Shown in pieces: positions 10,132 through 20,858 of a stretch of 64,000 nucleotides of DNA. The stretch's first letter is position 1, and each line of letters starts with the position of its first letter. The notes under the pieces were generated by a model. That model did not search any database and was not told where the DNA came from. It saw nothing but the letters and a program-made list of their open reading frames with translations. Both the position numbers and the translations under genes were made by a program. Origin of the DNA: a virus; IMG/VR virus record IMGVR_UViG_3300034095_000254; one strand, given 5' to 3'.

Positions 10132-11709
10132 CTAGAAGTTTAATGGAGCCTTTTCAGGTTTCCCGTCTTCATAGAATCCGAATGGTGTTAATTCTTCTTC
10201 AATCGCCTGCATTTGCTTAGCGTACATTATGTTTCGTAGATTAACATTATTTAGGTCTTTAAAATAACTGTTAGTTGTAAGCCATCCGAACAGTACCAGA
10301 GGCATTACTAAGTCATCATGATAACCTTCGTCAGCTTCATATGAACCCTTCTTCTCAATAAAAGTCGAGATTTCAGAGATCGTATCAGCATCATTTATAA
10401 TAAGTTTGTTTTCCTCAACGAGTGCTTTAAAGTTATGACACCCAATTCGTTTGATCTTTTTATCGGTATTGACACCCAACTGTGTTTTACCTCCACCAAA
10501 ACCACCTGAGACAGTTTGCCCCAAAGCGTGTCTTGTAACCATCAATATATTTTCGTATTCCATCTCAGAGTATAGGATGTGAGCCACCTGTTCTGAAATG
10601 TTAATTTCCAATAATACCCATGCTTGGTTGTAGTCTGTACCGATCTTGTAAATTACATTTGGATACAACAACGGACTAATTTCATTATTACGATACTTCG
10701 CAACGATTCTGTAGGGAACCTCCGTAATATCAATAACTTGGAATGCTGAATAATCCCCACCAACACCTTTAGCCACATCGCAGACCATACAATAAGTATG
10801 ACCAGCCTGTGGGTTTACATACACATCTAACCCATCTTTCTGATAGACGATAACATCAGGACTCATTCTAGAAATAGCATCTGCTCTAACTAGAGTGAGA
10901 GAAGAACCCAAGAAGTTACAAAGAACCTCTTGAGTAAATTTAAGTTCACCAAGCTGTGCCTTTTGTTCTGCAGCCCATGCTTCATCACGACCTGGAATTT
11001 CCCAGTATGGTATGAATAGATTAACGAATCCATTTCTACCCTTTTCAGCGTCTGTCCAAAACTTCCAGAAGTGATTGTAACCCAGCGGAGTTGATGACAG
11101 TAGAATCTTTGTAGTCTGACCAGCAGAAATCGTAGGGTAAACTGAAGTAAAGAATTCTTCTGCCACATTGTTTGGAATAATCGCTGCTTCGTCAACATAC
11201 AACATGTTTACGGATTTACCACGAATACCAGATTTACCTGTTGCAGCAGTAAATACCTTTGAACCATTTTCTAGTTCAATGTCACCTTTGTTCCAAGTAG
11301 TGACACCTTGTTGCATCCACTTTGGTAGCAACTCATACATTGTTTGATAACGATCTAAAACCTCACGAGCAGCAGTTGCTTTGTTCGCAAGAATAGCCAC
11401 AGTTTTGTTGGCTTGGAAAATCGTGTACCAAAGAATGTAAGCTGCAGAGGTAGTTGTCTTACCTTGCTGACGACCTTCCATAAGAATCACACGACGATTA
11501 TTATGAATTACATTTACTTTGTTCTTTTGGCAATCATAGAGTTTAAACAGTTTTAAACCATGATCCAGTGTAACAATATAACAGTAGGTTTCGATAAAGT
11601 ATATCGGATCTGCTGCACACTTCATGTACTCCTTTACATCATCAGGTGTAAAGTCAACAGTAACACCAGCAGCTTTTAAGTTCGAATTCGAATTATATAC
11701 TTGAGCCAT
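10132..11709 (-). CDS. gp17: Terminase large subunit
   Basis: Walker A GRQQGKTT, Walker B LYVDEAA, SSTPLG and nuclease HDDLVM. Start moved to the ATG at 11709 (MAQVYN), just after the gp15 stop. Confidence 0.96.
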   Translation of the reverse strand: MAQVYNSNSNLKAAGVTVDFTPDDVKEYMKCAADPIYFIETYCYIVTLDHGLKLFKLYDCQKNKVNVIHNNRRVILMEGRQQGKTTTSAAYILWYTIFQANKTVAILANKATAAREVLDRYQTMYELLPKWMQQGVTTWNKGDIELENGSKVFTAATGKSGIRGKSVNMLYVDEAAIIPNNVAEEFFTSVYPTISAGQTTKILLSSTPLGYNHFWKFWTDAEKGRNGFVNLFIPYWEIPGRDEAWAAEQKAQLGELKFTQEVLCNFLGSSLTLVRADAISRMSPDVIVYQKDGLDVYVNPQAGHTYCMVCDVAKGVGGDYSAFQVIDITEVPYRIVAKYRNNEISPLLYPNVIYKIGTDYNQAWVLLEINISEQVAHILYSEMEYENILMVTRHALGQTVSGGFGGGKTQLGVNTDKKIKRIGCHNFKALVEENKLIINDADTISEISTFIEKKGSYEADEGYHDDLVMPLVLFGWLTTNSYFKDLNNVNLRNIMYAKQMQAIEEELTPFGFYEDGKPEKAPLNF

Positions 11710-11711
11710 AA

Positions 11712-12458
11712 TTAAAATCCGTCCAGCCAACTCTCCGTATTAATAGTTGCATCAGTGACATCACCTTCTGCAGTATAAACTCTATTTGGATTAGTAAAGT
11801 CTTCGTTGTCACCAACATTAGCATAGACAGTATCAATAACATTTCTACCAGAGATTGGTCCAAATAGATTCATCTTCATTTGAAAGTTAAGACTATGTGT
11901 CACAAATCTTCGCATTTGAAAATCACCATCGTAGTCGTCTTGAACTGATACGCTATTTAAAACAATAGGCACATCAATTTTAACACTCATGTCTGGCACG
12001 ACATTAATTGATAATGTATACTCAGGTGTAAATGTTGGAAGGATTTGCTCGATGATTTGTAGACCATCCTCTTGAGTTTTTGTGAGGATGTACAAAGAAA
12101 GATCTAAGTTGTATGGAACAGGAGTGTACATGGTTGATACTGCACCAGTACCATCACCGCACTTCAACTGTTGCATACGATTTACTTTTCTTTGTGGATC
12201 GTAGTTATATCCAATAATCTCAAATGACATTCTTGGAAGAGTAGTATAAACATGATTTTCTAAAGTTGGATCTTGTTCTAAACGAACAATCCATTTTTCT
12301 TTTGGAGCGTAAGCAAGAGGCACTTGCAATCTTTGGATAACAGTACCAGTTACAGAATCACCTTCACGACGATCGATATAGATGTCACTGAATAAAGAGC
12401 CGAATCCTACGATGCACTTGCGAATGATTCCGTGGTAGTATACATTACTGTTTAACAT
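11712..12458 (-). CDS. gp15: Tail sheath stabilizer / terminator
   Basis: VPLAYAPKEKW, TLPRMSFE and QIIEQILPTFTPEY. Confidence 0.93.
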   Translation of the reverse strand: MLNSNVYYHGIIRKCIVGFGSLFSDIYIDRREGDSVTGTVIQRLQVPLAYAPKEKWIVRLEQDPTLENHVYTTLPRMSFEIIGYNYDPQRKVNRMQQLKCGDGTGAVSTMYTPVPYNLDLSLYILTKTQEDGLQIIEQILPTFTPEYTLSINVVPDMSVKIDVPIVLNSVSVQDDYDGDFQMRRFVTHSLNFQMKMNLFGPISGRNVIDTVYANVGDNEDFTNPNRVYTAEGDVTDATINTESWLDGF

Positions 12459-13384
12459 TATGGGTTATTCTCTGTGTCAATTTCACCGAATGGATTTGTT
12501 ACACTAAACAATACATCCTGTGCTTCTGTTTTAAATTTATTATTATCACCAAACGAATTTGGCGAGTCAATATTGATATCAATAGAAGCAGTTGCTAAAG
12601 CACCAGCACCACCACCACCAGAAATAGTAATAGCTGGTGCTGTTTGATATCCAGATCCTGGATTCGTCACAGTAATACTAACAATTTTATTGGCATTAGC
12701 ACCAGTTCCACGAACAGCTGTTGCAGCAGCATTAATACCAGAGGCACTGGTAAACGATACTGTGGGCACAGAAGTATATCCAGAACCAGTTGCAGTCATT
12801 GTAATAGAAGTGACTTCACCTGCAGGAGATCTTGTGGTATTTGTAGTGAATGTTTTAAGAGTTTCAAACGCATCAATCTCTGAGATACCAGTATCAATCT
12901 TCTCAGAAGCATATTGGAACAATTCAACTTGTAACTTAAACACATATAGTTTACCAAGTTGATAGAATGGATCTTGATGTTTTACAAACTTAATTTCAAA
13001 CAAACCCTTAGTCAATGGAAAGTAAATTAAATCACCTTCACATGGACGAGTAGGAATAATTGTTTGACCATAACGACCAACTAACTGATCCCATCTACGA
13101 CGAGCAACTACTAGTGTAGCTGACTGTTCCATCATAAGACCAAACTTTTGAATAAACGCACCTTGACCATCAAGAGAGTCTACATTCTCAAAGTACATTT
13201 CAATTGGAAACGACGATGTAAATTTAGATAAACGATCTTCACCAAGAATCTCATCCTTAGAAACTAATGTTCTAGGAATGTACATGAACTCATTACCGTA
13301 AATCTTAAGAGATTCGATAATGAGATCTTCAATTAGGTACTGCTCATTCTTTGTACCATGAGTAAAATAAACATTAGTAGGCAT
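12458..13384 (-). CDS. gp14: Neck protein
   Basis: EQYLIEDLIIESLKIYG, RPCEGDLIYFPL and PFYQLGK; carries an inserted GSGY-type repeat; ends with NPFGE motif. Confidence 0.92.
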   Translation of the reverse strand: MPTNVYFTHGTKNEQYLIEDLIIESLKIYGNEFMYIPRTLVSKDEILGEDRLSKFTSSFPIEMYFENVDSLDGQGAFIQKFGLMMEQSATLVVARRRWDQLVGRYGQTIIPTRPCEGDLIYFPLTKGLFEIKFVKHQDPFYQLGKLYVFKLQVELFQYASEKIDTGISEIDAFETLKTFTTNTTRSPAGEVTSITMTATGSGYTSVPTVSFTSASGINAAATAVRGTGANANKIVSITVTNPGSGYQTAPAITISGGGGAGALATASIDINIDSPNSFGDNNKFKTEAQDVLFSVTNPFGEIDTENNP

Positions 13385-13387
13385 CTA

Positions 13388-14347
13388 TTATCCCATGAAG
13401 AAATCTAGGGGTGCTGACTTATTCTGTAGTTCGTCTTCTAGTTCTTTAATTTCTGAGGTAGATTCGTCATATAATTTATCACCATCCAGAGTTACACCAC
13501 CTGGAAGTTGAATTCCAGAGAATTTCTTAATGTTAGTTGCCCACTGCTTTTTAAACAATGCAGTGACATAATGTTTCAACCATGGCTCGTTATAGATCTT
13601 AGACCATGTTGTTGGATCCATTGGACGATATGCTTGAACGATAATATAATCGCCAAGAATAAAATCAGTCGCCCAATTTGCGTCTAGGTATAAACGACCA
13701 TTCAAACGATTAAATCTAAATCTTTGATGACCATTTAATTCAAAGTCCAGCAATGCCAAATGTGACATAACTGTTTTGTAGTAGATTAATGAAGTAGATG
13801 TTAAATCATACAAGTCATTTAATCTTAATTGATACTGCAAGTCGAAGATATTCTTTGAAGAAGATGCTTGTCCTGCAGATATAATTTGAGTGACACCCCA
13901 AACATAGTCTGGAATTTCAATGTAACGATTATCGTATTCACGAAGTGTTATAGAAGATAGCGTTGCATTATGTCCTGCTGAACCAGTAATAGATTCACCT
14001 GCAGTAAATGTACCAACAACATTTCTAACTAAAAGTAGAGTACCTGAAGACGATCTTTGGGATTCTCGGCAAACTTCAGCAGTAGCACCACTCGTTGCGC
14101 CAGTGATAAGTTCAGTAAGATCAAAATTAGTTGCAACAGAAGCAGAAAGAGTTATTTCAGAAGCACGAATCAATTGTTTAAGATAAATCTGCTCCACACC
14201 TTCATAGTGATATAGTTTCCAGTAGTCTAATGCTTCATCAATTCGATCTTCGATTTGATCATCGTCCACATTAATCTCGAGCACTGGTGCACCCAATGCT
14301 CTTAATGCATATTCTTTTAATCCAGTTCTTGTAGAGACAGCAGCCAT
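13388..14347 (-). CDS. gp13: Neck protein
   Basis: LRALGAPVLEINVDDDQIEDRIDEAL and KFSGIQLPGGVTLDG. Confidence 0.93.
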   Translation of the reverse strand: MAAVSTRTGLKEYALRALGAPVLEINVDDDQIEDRIDEALDYWKLYHYEGVEQIYLKQLIRASEITLSASVATNFDLTELITGATSGATAEVCRESQRSSSGTLLLVRNVVGTFTAGESITGSAGHNATLSSITLREYDNRYIEIPDYVWGVTQIISAGQASSSKNIFDLQYQLRLNDLYDLTSTSLIYYKTVMSHLALLDFELNGHQRFRFNRLNGRLYLDANWATDFILGDYIIVQAYRPMDPTTWSKIYNEPWLKHYVTALFKKQWATNIKKFSGIQLPGGVTLDGDKLYDESTSEIKELEDELQNKSAPLDFFMG

Positions 14348-14348
14348 T

Positions 14349-17249
14349 TTAGTTACCTAACTTTGCTTTAAGTTCTTCGATTTGTTTTTGTTGCTCTTTA
14401 ATCGCTTCAACTAACAATGGAACAATTCGCTCGTAGTGTAGAGTCATATACTGCGGATCGATTGGAGCAGGTACAACAACTTCTGGTAGAACTGCTTGAA
14501 CTTGCTGAGCAGATAAACCGACATGTTGTTCAGATGCATCGTAACCCAATGCTACTGCAGTTTCATTTGCATGGTAATGGAAACCATCAAGAGCAAGAAC
14601 TTTCTCAAGAGCATTCTGAATATTGCCAGTACGAGTTTTTAAACGATCGTCAGAGTAGAAAGAAGTGATTGCGTTTGTAGCACGAATCTCGCCAGTAGTA
14701 CCAGATGCAGCAGTTCCAACTCCAAGAGAAGCACTTTGCGCTCCAGCACTAAGAACTACAGAAGTACCAGTTGCTGCGCCAATTACTGGAGTGACTAGAG
14801 TTGGAGTATTTGCAAATACTAATGCACCAGTACCTGTCTCATCTGTAATAGCAGAAATAAGGTTAGCAGAAGATGGTGTAGCCAAGAAAGTAGCAACACC
14901 AGTACCTAATCCAGAAACACCAGTAGAAATTGGTAGATCAGTACAGCTGGTAAGAGTACCAGAACTAGGTGTTCCAAGAACTGGAGTAGTTAGCGTTGGG
15001 CTAGTTAATGTTTTATTAGTAAATGTTTCAGTACCAGCAAGAGTTGCTAGAGTGCCAGTTGTTGGTAGAGTTACAGCAGTTGTGGCAGTGGCAGTTAGTG
15101 TAGTACTAAATGCACCAGCAGTTGCTAGAGTAGAACCATTAACTAAGGTCAATGTTCCAGTTGTAGTAGATACTGTTAAACCATTAATACTAGTAGCAGT
15201 TGCAGCACCAAGAGTAGGAGTTACTAATGTTGGAGAAGTTGATAGAACCATACTTCCAGTACCAGTAACAGAGTTAGATAATGCTACACCACCATATGTA
15301 AGTGCTGATGAAAGAGTTGTCGCTCCAGTAACACCAAGAGTACCAGCAACAGTAGCATTATCGTCTACAGTTAAACCACCAATTTGTAAATCTGCGTGAT
15401 CGTACGATGCATGAGTGGTATCAATAGCAGATCCTGGCTCAATTGTAAGCCCTTTGAAGATTTTAAATTTTCCACCATCAGTAGCATCACGGAACATACC
15501 TGCATGGCGATATGTTCCATCATTATAATTACCAGCCCATCCTAAATCTGGATTAGTAACAGTTGAACCTTCATTAAGATAAATTAAGTTATCTTCAATA
15601 GCAAGGTTTGTTGCATTAATAGTAGTTGTTGTGCCATTAACAGTAAAATCACCATCAATAACAATATTACCATCAACTTCTATGTTTGTTCCAACATGAA
15701 GTTTCTTAGCAACAGAAAGACCACCACTTAATACAACTGCAGCAGTACCAAGAGCAGTTGCGTCTGTTGTATCTGTTAATGAAACTATACCAGAAACACC
15801 CAATGTTCCAGCAATAGCAGTATTACCAGTAGTATCAGCAACTGTAAATTTGTCGGTGTCCATTGTAAGACCACCATTAAGAGTAGTCGCACCTGTTACA
15901 GTTAATGTAGTACCAACAGTAGCTGCGTTAGAGATAGCAGTTGTAGCATTTCTAATTGTTGTAGTTCCAGATCCATTGGCACCAATTGTTATTGATGTAC
16001 CAGCACCAAAAGCATTAACAGTAGTGGCAGTTGCATTGAATACATTCTGAGTAGTTTGTGTTCCAACTAAAGTTCCAGTATAATCTTTAAGGTTTGTTCT
16101 ATTCCACTGACCAATTTGAGTGGCTGCAGTTCCTGCGCTATCTTCAGCGTAGAAATCTAAGTCGCCATTTGATGCGCCAGCAGATGTTTCTGCTTGAATG
16201 AAAGTAAACCCATCAACAGACTTAACACCACCAAGAGATGACCATGCACTAGATGAATAACCCTCAAATGTAGATTGAGTGGTATTGTAACGAATCATAC
16301 CATTTGCTGCTACATATGGTCGTTGAGCAGTAGTTCCAGTTGGTACTTGTAAGAAACCAAAAGTAGTAATAGAAGTAATAGTACCAGCAGTTGGTATTGT
16401 TCCACCAGTGACTGTTACAGTAATGCTTGTTCCAGAGACAATGCTTGCCACTAATACGCTAGTAGGAGAACCTCCAAAAAGAGATCCAGTACCAGCAGTT
16501 GCTGTAATATTTTGCCCAACCATAATACCAGTAGTTGATGATATACCAGTAATTGTTGCTGTCCATGGACCAGTACCAGTTATAGTAGAACCAACTGTTC
16601 CACCACCATGACTTCCATTACCCATTGTTATAGATCTAACCCCAGCAAACGAAGTTGATGTATCACCAACTTGCACAGCAGTTGAACCAATAGTTAAAGC
16701 AGAAGTAACCCAAGCAGGAGCAGTAGAAGCACCAGTAGAACGAAGAATAAATCCTGAATCTCCTGGAGCAATAAAGTCAGTGTCATTTGTATCTGCTTGA
16801 TAAACTAGATAACCAGCAGAACCACCTGCAATATTAGTGGCAGTAGTAGCAGTAGTGGCAGTACCAGTAGAAAGAGAAGAAGCACTAACCCAAGTTGGAC
16901 CACTTGTTCCACCAGAAGTTAAAACTTGACCAGAAGTACCAGCCAATGATAGAGCCATTGCTGAACCAGTAGAGTAAACAACAGCACCTGCAACACCAGT
17001 AAGAGCAGCACCAGTTCCACCATAACCTAAACCAATAGCAGTACCATTCCACACGGAACTGGTAGACATTGTTTTATTGGTAAATGTTTGAGTAGCTGTA
17101 AGAGTTGGAACTTGTTTACCACCTGCAGTTGTACCATCATGTATTCGAATAGTGTATACATCGGTATCAATTGTAAGTTCACCCTGTGCGCCAGTGAACG
17201 CATTATTTTGTGAGGTAGTTCCTCGTCTAAACTGTACTTGGGTTGCCAT
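14349..17249 (-). CDS. Tail fibre with Mtd-like N-terminus and C-terminal intramolecular chaperone (peptidase S74-like)
   Basis: N-terminal QVQFRRGTT...FTGAQGELTIDTD; C-terminal YSDDRLKT...GLSAQQV...YERIVPLLVEAIKE. Confidence 0.8.
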   Translation of the reverse strand: MATQVQFRRGTTSQNNAFTGAQGELTIDTDVYTIRIHDGTTAGGKQVPTLTATQTFTNKTMSTSSVWNGTAIGLGYGGTGAALTGVAGAVVYSTGSAMALSLAGTSGQVLTSGGTSGPTWVSASSLSTGTATTATTATNIAGGSAGYLVYQADTNDTDFIAPGDSGFILRSTGASTAPAWVTSALTIGSTAVQVGDTSTSFAGVRSITMGNGSHGGGTVGSTITGTGPWTATITGISSTTGIMVGQNITATAGTGSLFGGSPTSVLVASIVSGTSITVTVTGGTIPTAGTITSITTFGFLQVPTGTTAQRPYVAANGMIRYNTTQSTFEGYSSSAWSSLGGVKSVDGFTFIQAETSAGASNGDLDFYAEDSAGTAATQIGQWNRTNLKDYTGTLVGTQTTQNVFNATATTVNAFGAGTSITIGANGSGTTTIRNATTAISNAATVGTTLTVTGATTLNGGLTMDTDKFTVADTTGNTAIAGTLGVSGIVSLTDTTDATALGTAAVVLSGGLSVAKKLHVGTNIEVDGNIVIDGDFTVNGTTTTINATNLAIEDNLIYLNEGSTVTNPDLGWAGNYNDGTYRHAGMFRDATDGGKFKIFKGLTIEPGSAIDTTHASYDHADLQIGGLTVDDNATVAGTLGVTGATTLSSALTYGGVALSNSVTGTGSMVLSTSPTLVTPTLGAATATSINGLTVSTTTGTLTLVNGSTLATAGAFSTTLTATATTAVTLPTTGTLATLAGTETFTNKTLTSPTLTTPVLGTPSSGTLTSCTDLPISTGVSGLGTGVATFLATPSSANLISAITDETGTGALVFANTPTLVTPVIGAATGTSVVLSAGAQSASLGVGTAASGTTGEIRATNAITSFYSDDRLKTRTGNIQNALEKVLALDGFHYHANETAVALGYDASEQHVGLSAQQVQAVLPEVVVPAPIDPQYMTLHYERIVPLLVEAIKEQQKQIEELKAKLGN

Positions 17250-17275
17250 TTAAAAATTCCTCTATTTTTGTATAT

Positions 17276-20146
17276 TTATGCTTGTGCTTCTGACCAGAAT
17301 AAGTTCACATTGACAGTTGCTGTAGATGAAGATAGATTTTTAACTACGATTGCTAACACATCTGGACCATCTGGGAAGTTACCATATCCACCAATTGCTG
17401 AGTTTGATAGTTCTTTCAAACTAGACAAATCAATTTCAGCAAAACCATTCGGCTGACCCAGTGTTGAGAAAATCTGTTCACCTGGAGTTGCAGTAGTTGT
17501 AACAGTAGTTGATACCTGAGCAAAGGAAGGTTGAGATCCTAATGCTGTTGTATTAACAGACTGCCATGTTAAATCTGTGGAAGAATCAATATTTCCTGGA
17601 TTTAAAATGCCATAAACCTGTACTGCTTGGTCAGATTGAACTTGTAATTTTTGTAGTAATAACTGAGAACGATTTAATAAATCTCTATCTCCGAGAGTTC
17701 CAGAAATTGAATTTGATACCGATGGTGCCAATCTAATGAAGAAAACAGATTTAGACTGAGTAGAAGTTAATGAATTACTCAATGCTGGATACGAGAAGTA
17801 GTAACCACGATCTGTATCGAAACCACCATCCATAATATAAGATGAACCCCAGTGGTTTAGAGTAGGTGCAGCAGTACAACTAATAAGAATAACAGAAGTA
17901 TGTCCATTACCTGCTGCATGACTTGCTGCAGCACCACCAGTAAATGTTCTATTAACACCACCAAGGAATTGTATAAAAGACGCACTACGAGTGCAACCAG
18001 TTAAAGTGTTTGCGCCAGTATTAACTCCAGTAAATGTTATACATTCATTTTCAATCAGAACAGTACCACCATTAACTGGGAATCTAGAAACATTAGTTAC
18101 TGGAATAGTAGTGACAGAATCATTAATAGAAGAAGCCAGTTCTCCGATTACGGATTCATTAATAGTTTGATAACGAACTGCAGTATTACCTGAACGCATG
18201 TATGCTTCATCGTTAATGTTATTTTGTTTCATGCGATGTGCAAGAATCATATTACCATCTGAACCACGACACATAAAGTCAATAAAACCAGCACCATACC
18301 ATGAGAACGAAATTCCCATCATTTGCATTTTATTCAGATTAATATTGTAACCTGAAATACCAGTTCCATCTAAAGCGTCAATATTAAATTGAGATTGTGG
18401 AATACGATAGTCAATAACAGTGGCTAACTTAATACCAGTTGAACCATTAACACCACGATAGGCAGGATTAATTGTCATGTTGTTATCGTCTGCAATAGAA
18501 CCTACCATGTAAGTCATGCCACGAATAACGATTCGATCACCAGCCTTTAACTGTTGGGTGAAACGACCAGATGTAGCAACAACTGCTTGAGATCCTGGAG
18601 TAACAGTGCAGAAACCAGAAATTTGATATGTGGCAGATCGTTTAACAACTGCCAATTCTTTTCCATCGAATTCCCAGAACAATCCGTTTTGATCATCGAA
18701 TGCACCCATACGAACAGATGCTCCGTGCCAAGTTTTAAGAGTGACACGAGGTAAATTTGTAACAACTGCAGAAGCTGCACCAAGAGTAACTGCTGCAACT
18801 ACAGTAAATGTATTCTCGCTGGTAACAGTATTAATACCATATGTTCCATTATATCCTGATGTAACGACACCAGAAATTTCAACAGTGGCACCAACTTGAA
18901 GACCATGGTCTAATTCAGTTGTAACAGTAATAAGAGAACCTGCACCAGTTGCTGCAGCAGAAATTTGGTCAAGGTTCATAACAGGGTTAAACAAAACACC
19001 TGAAGTCCAAAGTACACCTTTACCTGATTGGTAACGCATGTATTTTTTAGTTTGACGAGAAATTGATGCTCCATGTGAAGGTAAAAAGTTACCTAACTGA
19101 ACACCACCATCGAATGGTCTGTGGATAACGAATGCGTCAGAACGAGTATACATTGTCGTGGTAATTGAGCTGTTTGCAACTGCTCCACCAACACGAGCAG
19201 TAAATGTAAATGTTGTTGCGGATGGAACTGACTCCGCAAAGAAGTTACCTGTTAGTAATCCATGATTAGATCCCGCAGAAGATGCAATACCAACTAATGG
19301 AGCACCTGGAACTAAACCATGATTGGCAGAACAAGTGACAGTAATTACTGAAGGATTGGCTGCATTTGAAGAAACAGAAGTAATTGGTAAATCAGAACCT
19401 TCATAGAAACCACCACGACGACCATATGTTGAACCACCATAAATTGATAGTGCGTTTGTTCCTACGATACCTTTAGCAAAATATGTAAATGTAGTGCTGG
19501 TAGGTACAGAAGCAATAACGAAAGCACCTTCTGCTCGAGCATAGTTAGCAGTACCAGTTAAACCAAACAGAATAACTGGATCTGCCACGGACAATCCGTG
19601 TGGTGCAGAAGTAGTTACAGTAATTGTTGAAGGTGATGCACCATTAGTAGTAACATCAGAAAGGAATAAGTCCAATCCTGGCTTTTCATAAATTCCTGGA
19701 ATGTTTCTAATCTCGGCATAGTTCTGCCATTTAGTAGGCTGCAATCCATATTCAAAGTCAGCATCAATTAGCGACTGAGGATTGGCAACACGCATTCTTT
19801 CAATAGCGTCAACACCCATAAAATATGGACGAACAATATTACCGATGTTTTTTGGTGCGTCAGTATAGATAGCAATCTTGTCATTGGCTGACATTGTTGA
19901 AGTATCATATGTAAATGTTACAGTAGTAACACCTTGTTGTTCTGTGTAGAAACCAGCATCTTCAGAAGCACTATAAACAACAGTACCCCCACGAGTTGGG
20001 TCACCAATAGCGTAAATATTATTTTGCGAAGTTTTATTTGCAACAATCAATAGTTGAGTTGCATCAACCTTTCCAGGAAATTTTACATATCCTGAATTAG
20101 CAACATTCGGAGAGAAAATATATTTTTCAACTAATTGGCGAGCCAT
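17276..20146 (-). CDS. Large virion structural protein with three 'VTT..xHGL' beta modules
   Basis: 956 aa; repeats TITVTTSAPHGL, VITVTCSANHGL and LITVTTELDHGL; lies in the fibre block. Confidence 0.65.
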   Translation of the reverse strand: MARQLVEKYIFSPNVANSGYVKFPGKVDATQLLIVANKTSQNNIYAIGDPTRGGTVVYSASEDAGFYTEQQGVTTVTFTYDTSTMSANDKIAIYTDAPKNIGNIVRPYFMGVDAIERMRVANPQSLIDADFEYGLQPTKWQNYAEIRNIPGIYEKPGLDLFLSDVTTNGASPSTITVTTSAPHGLSVADPVILFGLTGTANYARAEGAFVIASVPTSTTFTYFAKGIVGTNALSIYGGSTYGRRGGFYEGSDLPITSVSSNAANPSVITVTCSANHGLVPGAPLVGIASSAGSNHGLLTGNFFAESVPSATTFTFTARVGGAVANSSITTTMYTRSDAFVIHRPFDGGVQLGNFLPSHGASISRQTKKYMRYQSGKGVLWTSGVLFNPVMNLDQISAAATGAGSLITVTTELDHGLQVGATVEISGVVTSGYNGTYGINTVTSENTFTVVAAVTLGAASAVVTNLPRVTLKTWHGASVRMGAFDDQNGLFWEFDGKELAVVKRSATYQISGFCTVTPGSQAVVATSGRFTQQLKAGDRIVIRGMTYMVGSIADDNNMTINPAYRGVNGSTGIKLATVIDYRIPQSQFNIDALDGTGISGYNINLNKMQMMGISFSWYGAGFIDFMCRGSDGNMILAHRMKQNNINDEAYMRSGNTAVRYQTINESVIGELASSINDSVTTIPVTNVSRFPVNGGTVLIENECITFTGVNTGANTLTGCTRSASFIQFLGGVNRTFTGGAAASHAAGNGHTSVILISCTAAPTLNHWGSSYIMDGGFDTDRGYYFSYPALSNSLTSTQSKSVFFIRLAPSVSNSISGTLGDRDLLNRSQLLLQKLQVQSDQAVQVYGILNPGNIDSSTDLTWQSVNTTALGSQPSFAQVSTTVTTTATPGEQIFSTLGQPNGFAEIDLSSLKELSNSAIGGYGNFPDGPDVLAIVVKNLSSSTATVNVNLFWSEAQA

Positions 20147-20155
20147 TTTATTCCT

Positions 20156-20779
20156 TTAGAATCCAAAAATAATCGAGTAGCCGATATAGTCAGCTTTAAC
20201 CGATTGATCAATATTTGATAACGAAACGATACCATCAAGTTTTAATTGACCCATATCGTAGATAAGAGAAGCAACATCAGTGATTGACCCAAGATCTTCT
20301 GTTGCAGAAAGAATTAAATCTGTAACAGACCCTAGATCTGATTGTGCATTTGTTGCAAATACAGCAGAAGCAATAACTGCATCAGATGCAGCATTAATCC
20401 AAGCAGAGCCAGAAAATTTAAGAACTTGTCCTGTTGTGGCAGAACTAATAGTCACATCTGTTAAACTGTCTAGTGTGGAAACATCTTTAGTTATCCACTG
20501 AAGACCAGATCCTGTTGATGCCAGAACTTGTCCATTAGTACCTACACCACCACCAGCAGTTAGTGTGCCAGTAATTACAGGAGATGCTAGGGTTTTATTT
20601 GAGAGGGTTTGTGTGCCAGCTAATGTGGCAACAGTAACAATGGAAGCAGTTCCACTGTCTTTTTTGAAGAATAGGTTACCATCGTATGTGTTGAGTGCTA
20701 ACTCTCCAAGCGCAAGATCGCCTGTGGTTGGATTTCTGCCTGTAACGGCACTTCGTTTGAGAACGACTGTGTTAGCCAT
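20156..20779 (-). CDS. Small fibre-associated structural protein
   Basis: N-terminal LKRSAVTGRNPTTGDLALGELALNTYDG is paralogous to the N-terminus of 20859-23606; three D(L/M)G(S/Q) repeats near the C-terminus. Confidence 0.65.
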   Translation of the reverse strand: MANTVVLKRSAVTGRNPTTGDLALGELALNTYDGNLFFKKDSGTASIVTVATLAGTQTLSNKTLASPVITGTLTAGGGVGTNGQVLASTGSGLQWITKDVSTLDSLTDVTISSATTGQVLKFSGSAWINAASDAVIASAVFATNAQSDLGSVTDLILSATEDLGSITDVASLIYDMGQLKLDGIVSLSNIDQSVKADYIGYSIIFGF

Positions 20780-20858
20780 AATAACCTATTCTATGTAGAA
20801 TTAAAACAACCAGTATATACTGGGGTGGGAATTACACCCACCAAGTATTTAGTTCACT

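Noticed and set aside
1054-11709. Introns, inteins or homing endonucleases in gp17, gp20 or gp23
   Set aside because: The ORFs are continuous and of normal length, with no intein or HNH/GIY-YIG motifs seen.
17100-17249. Mtd-like N-terminus suggesting a diversity-generating retroelement
   Set aside because: No reverse transcriptase and no template/variable repeat pair differing only at adenines was seen. The 261-bp repeat differs at varied bases and both copies are coding.
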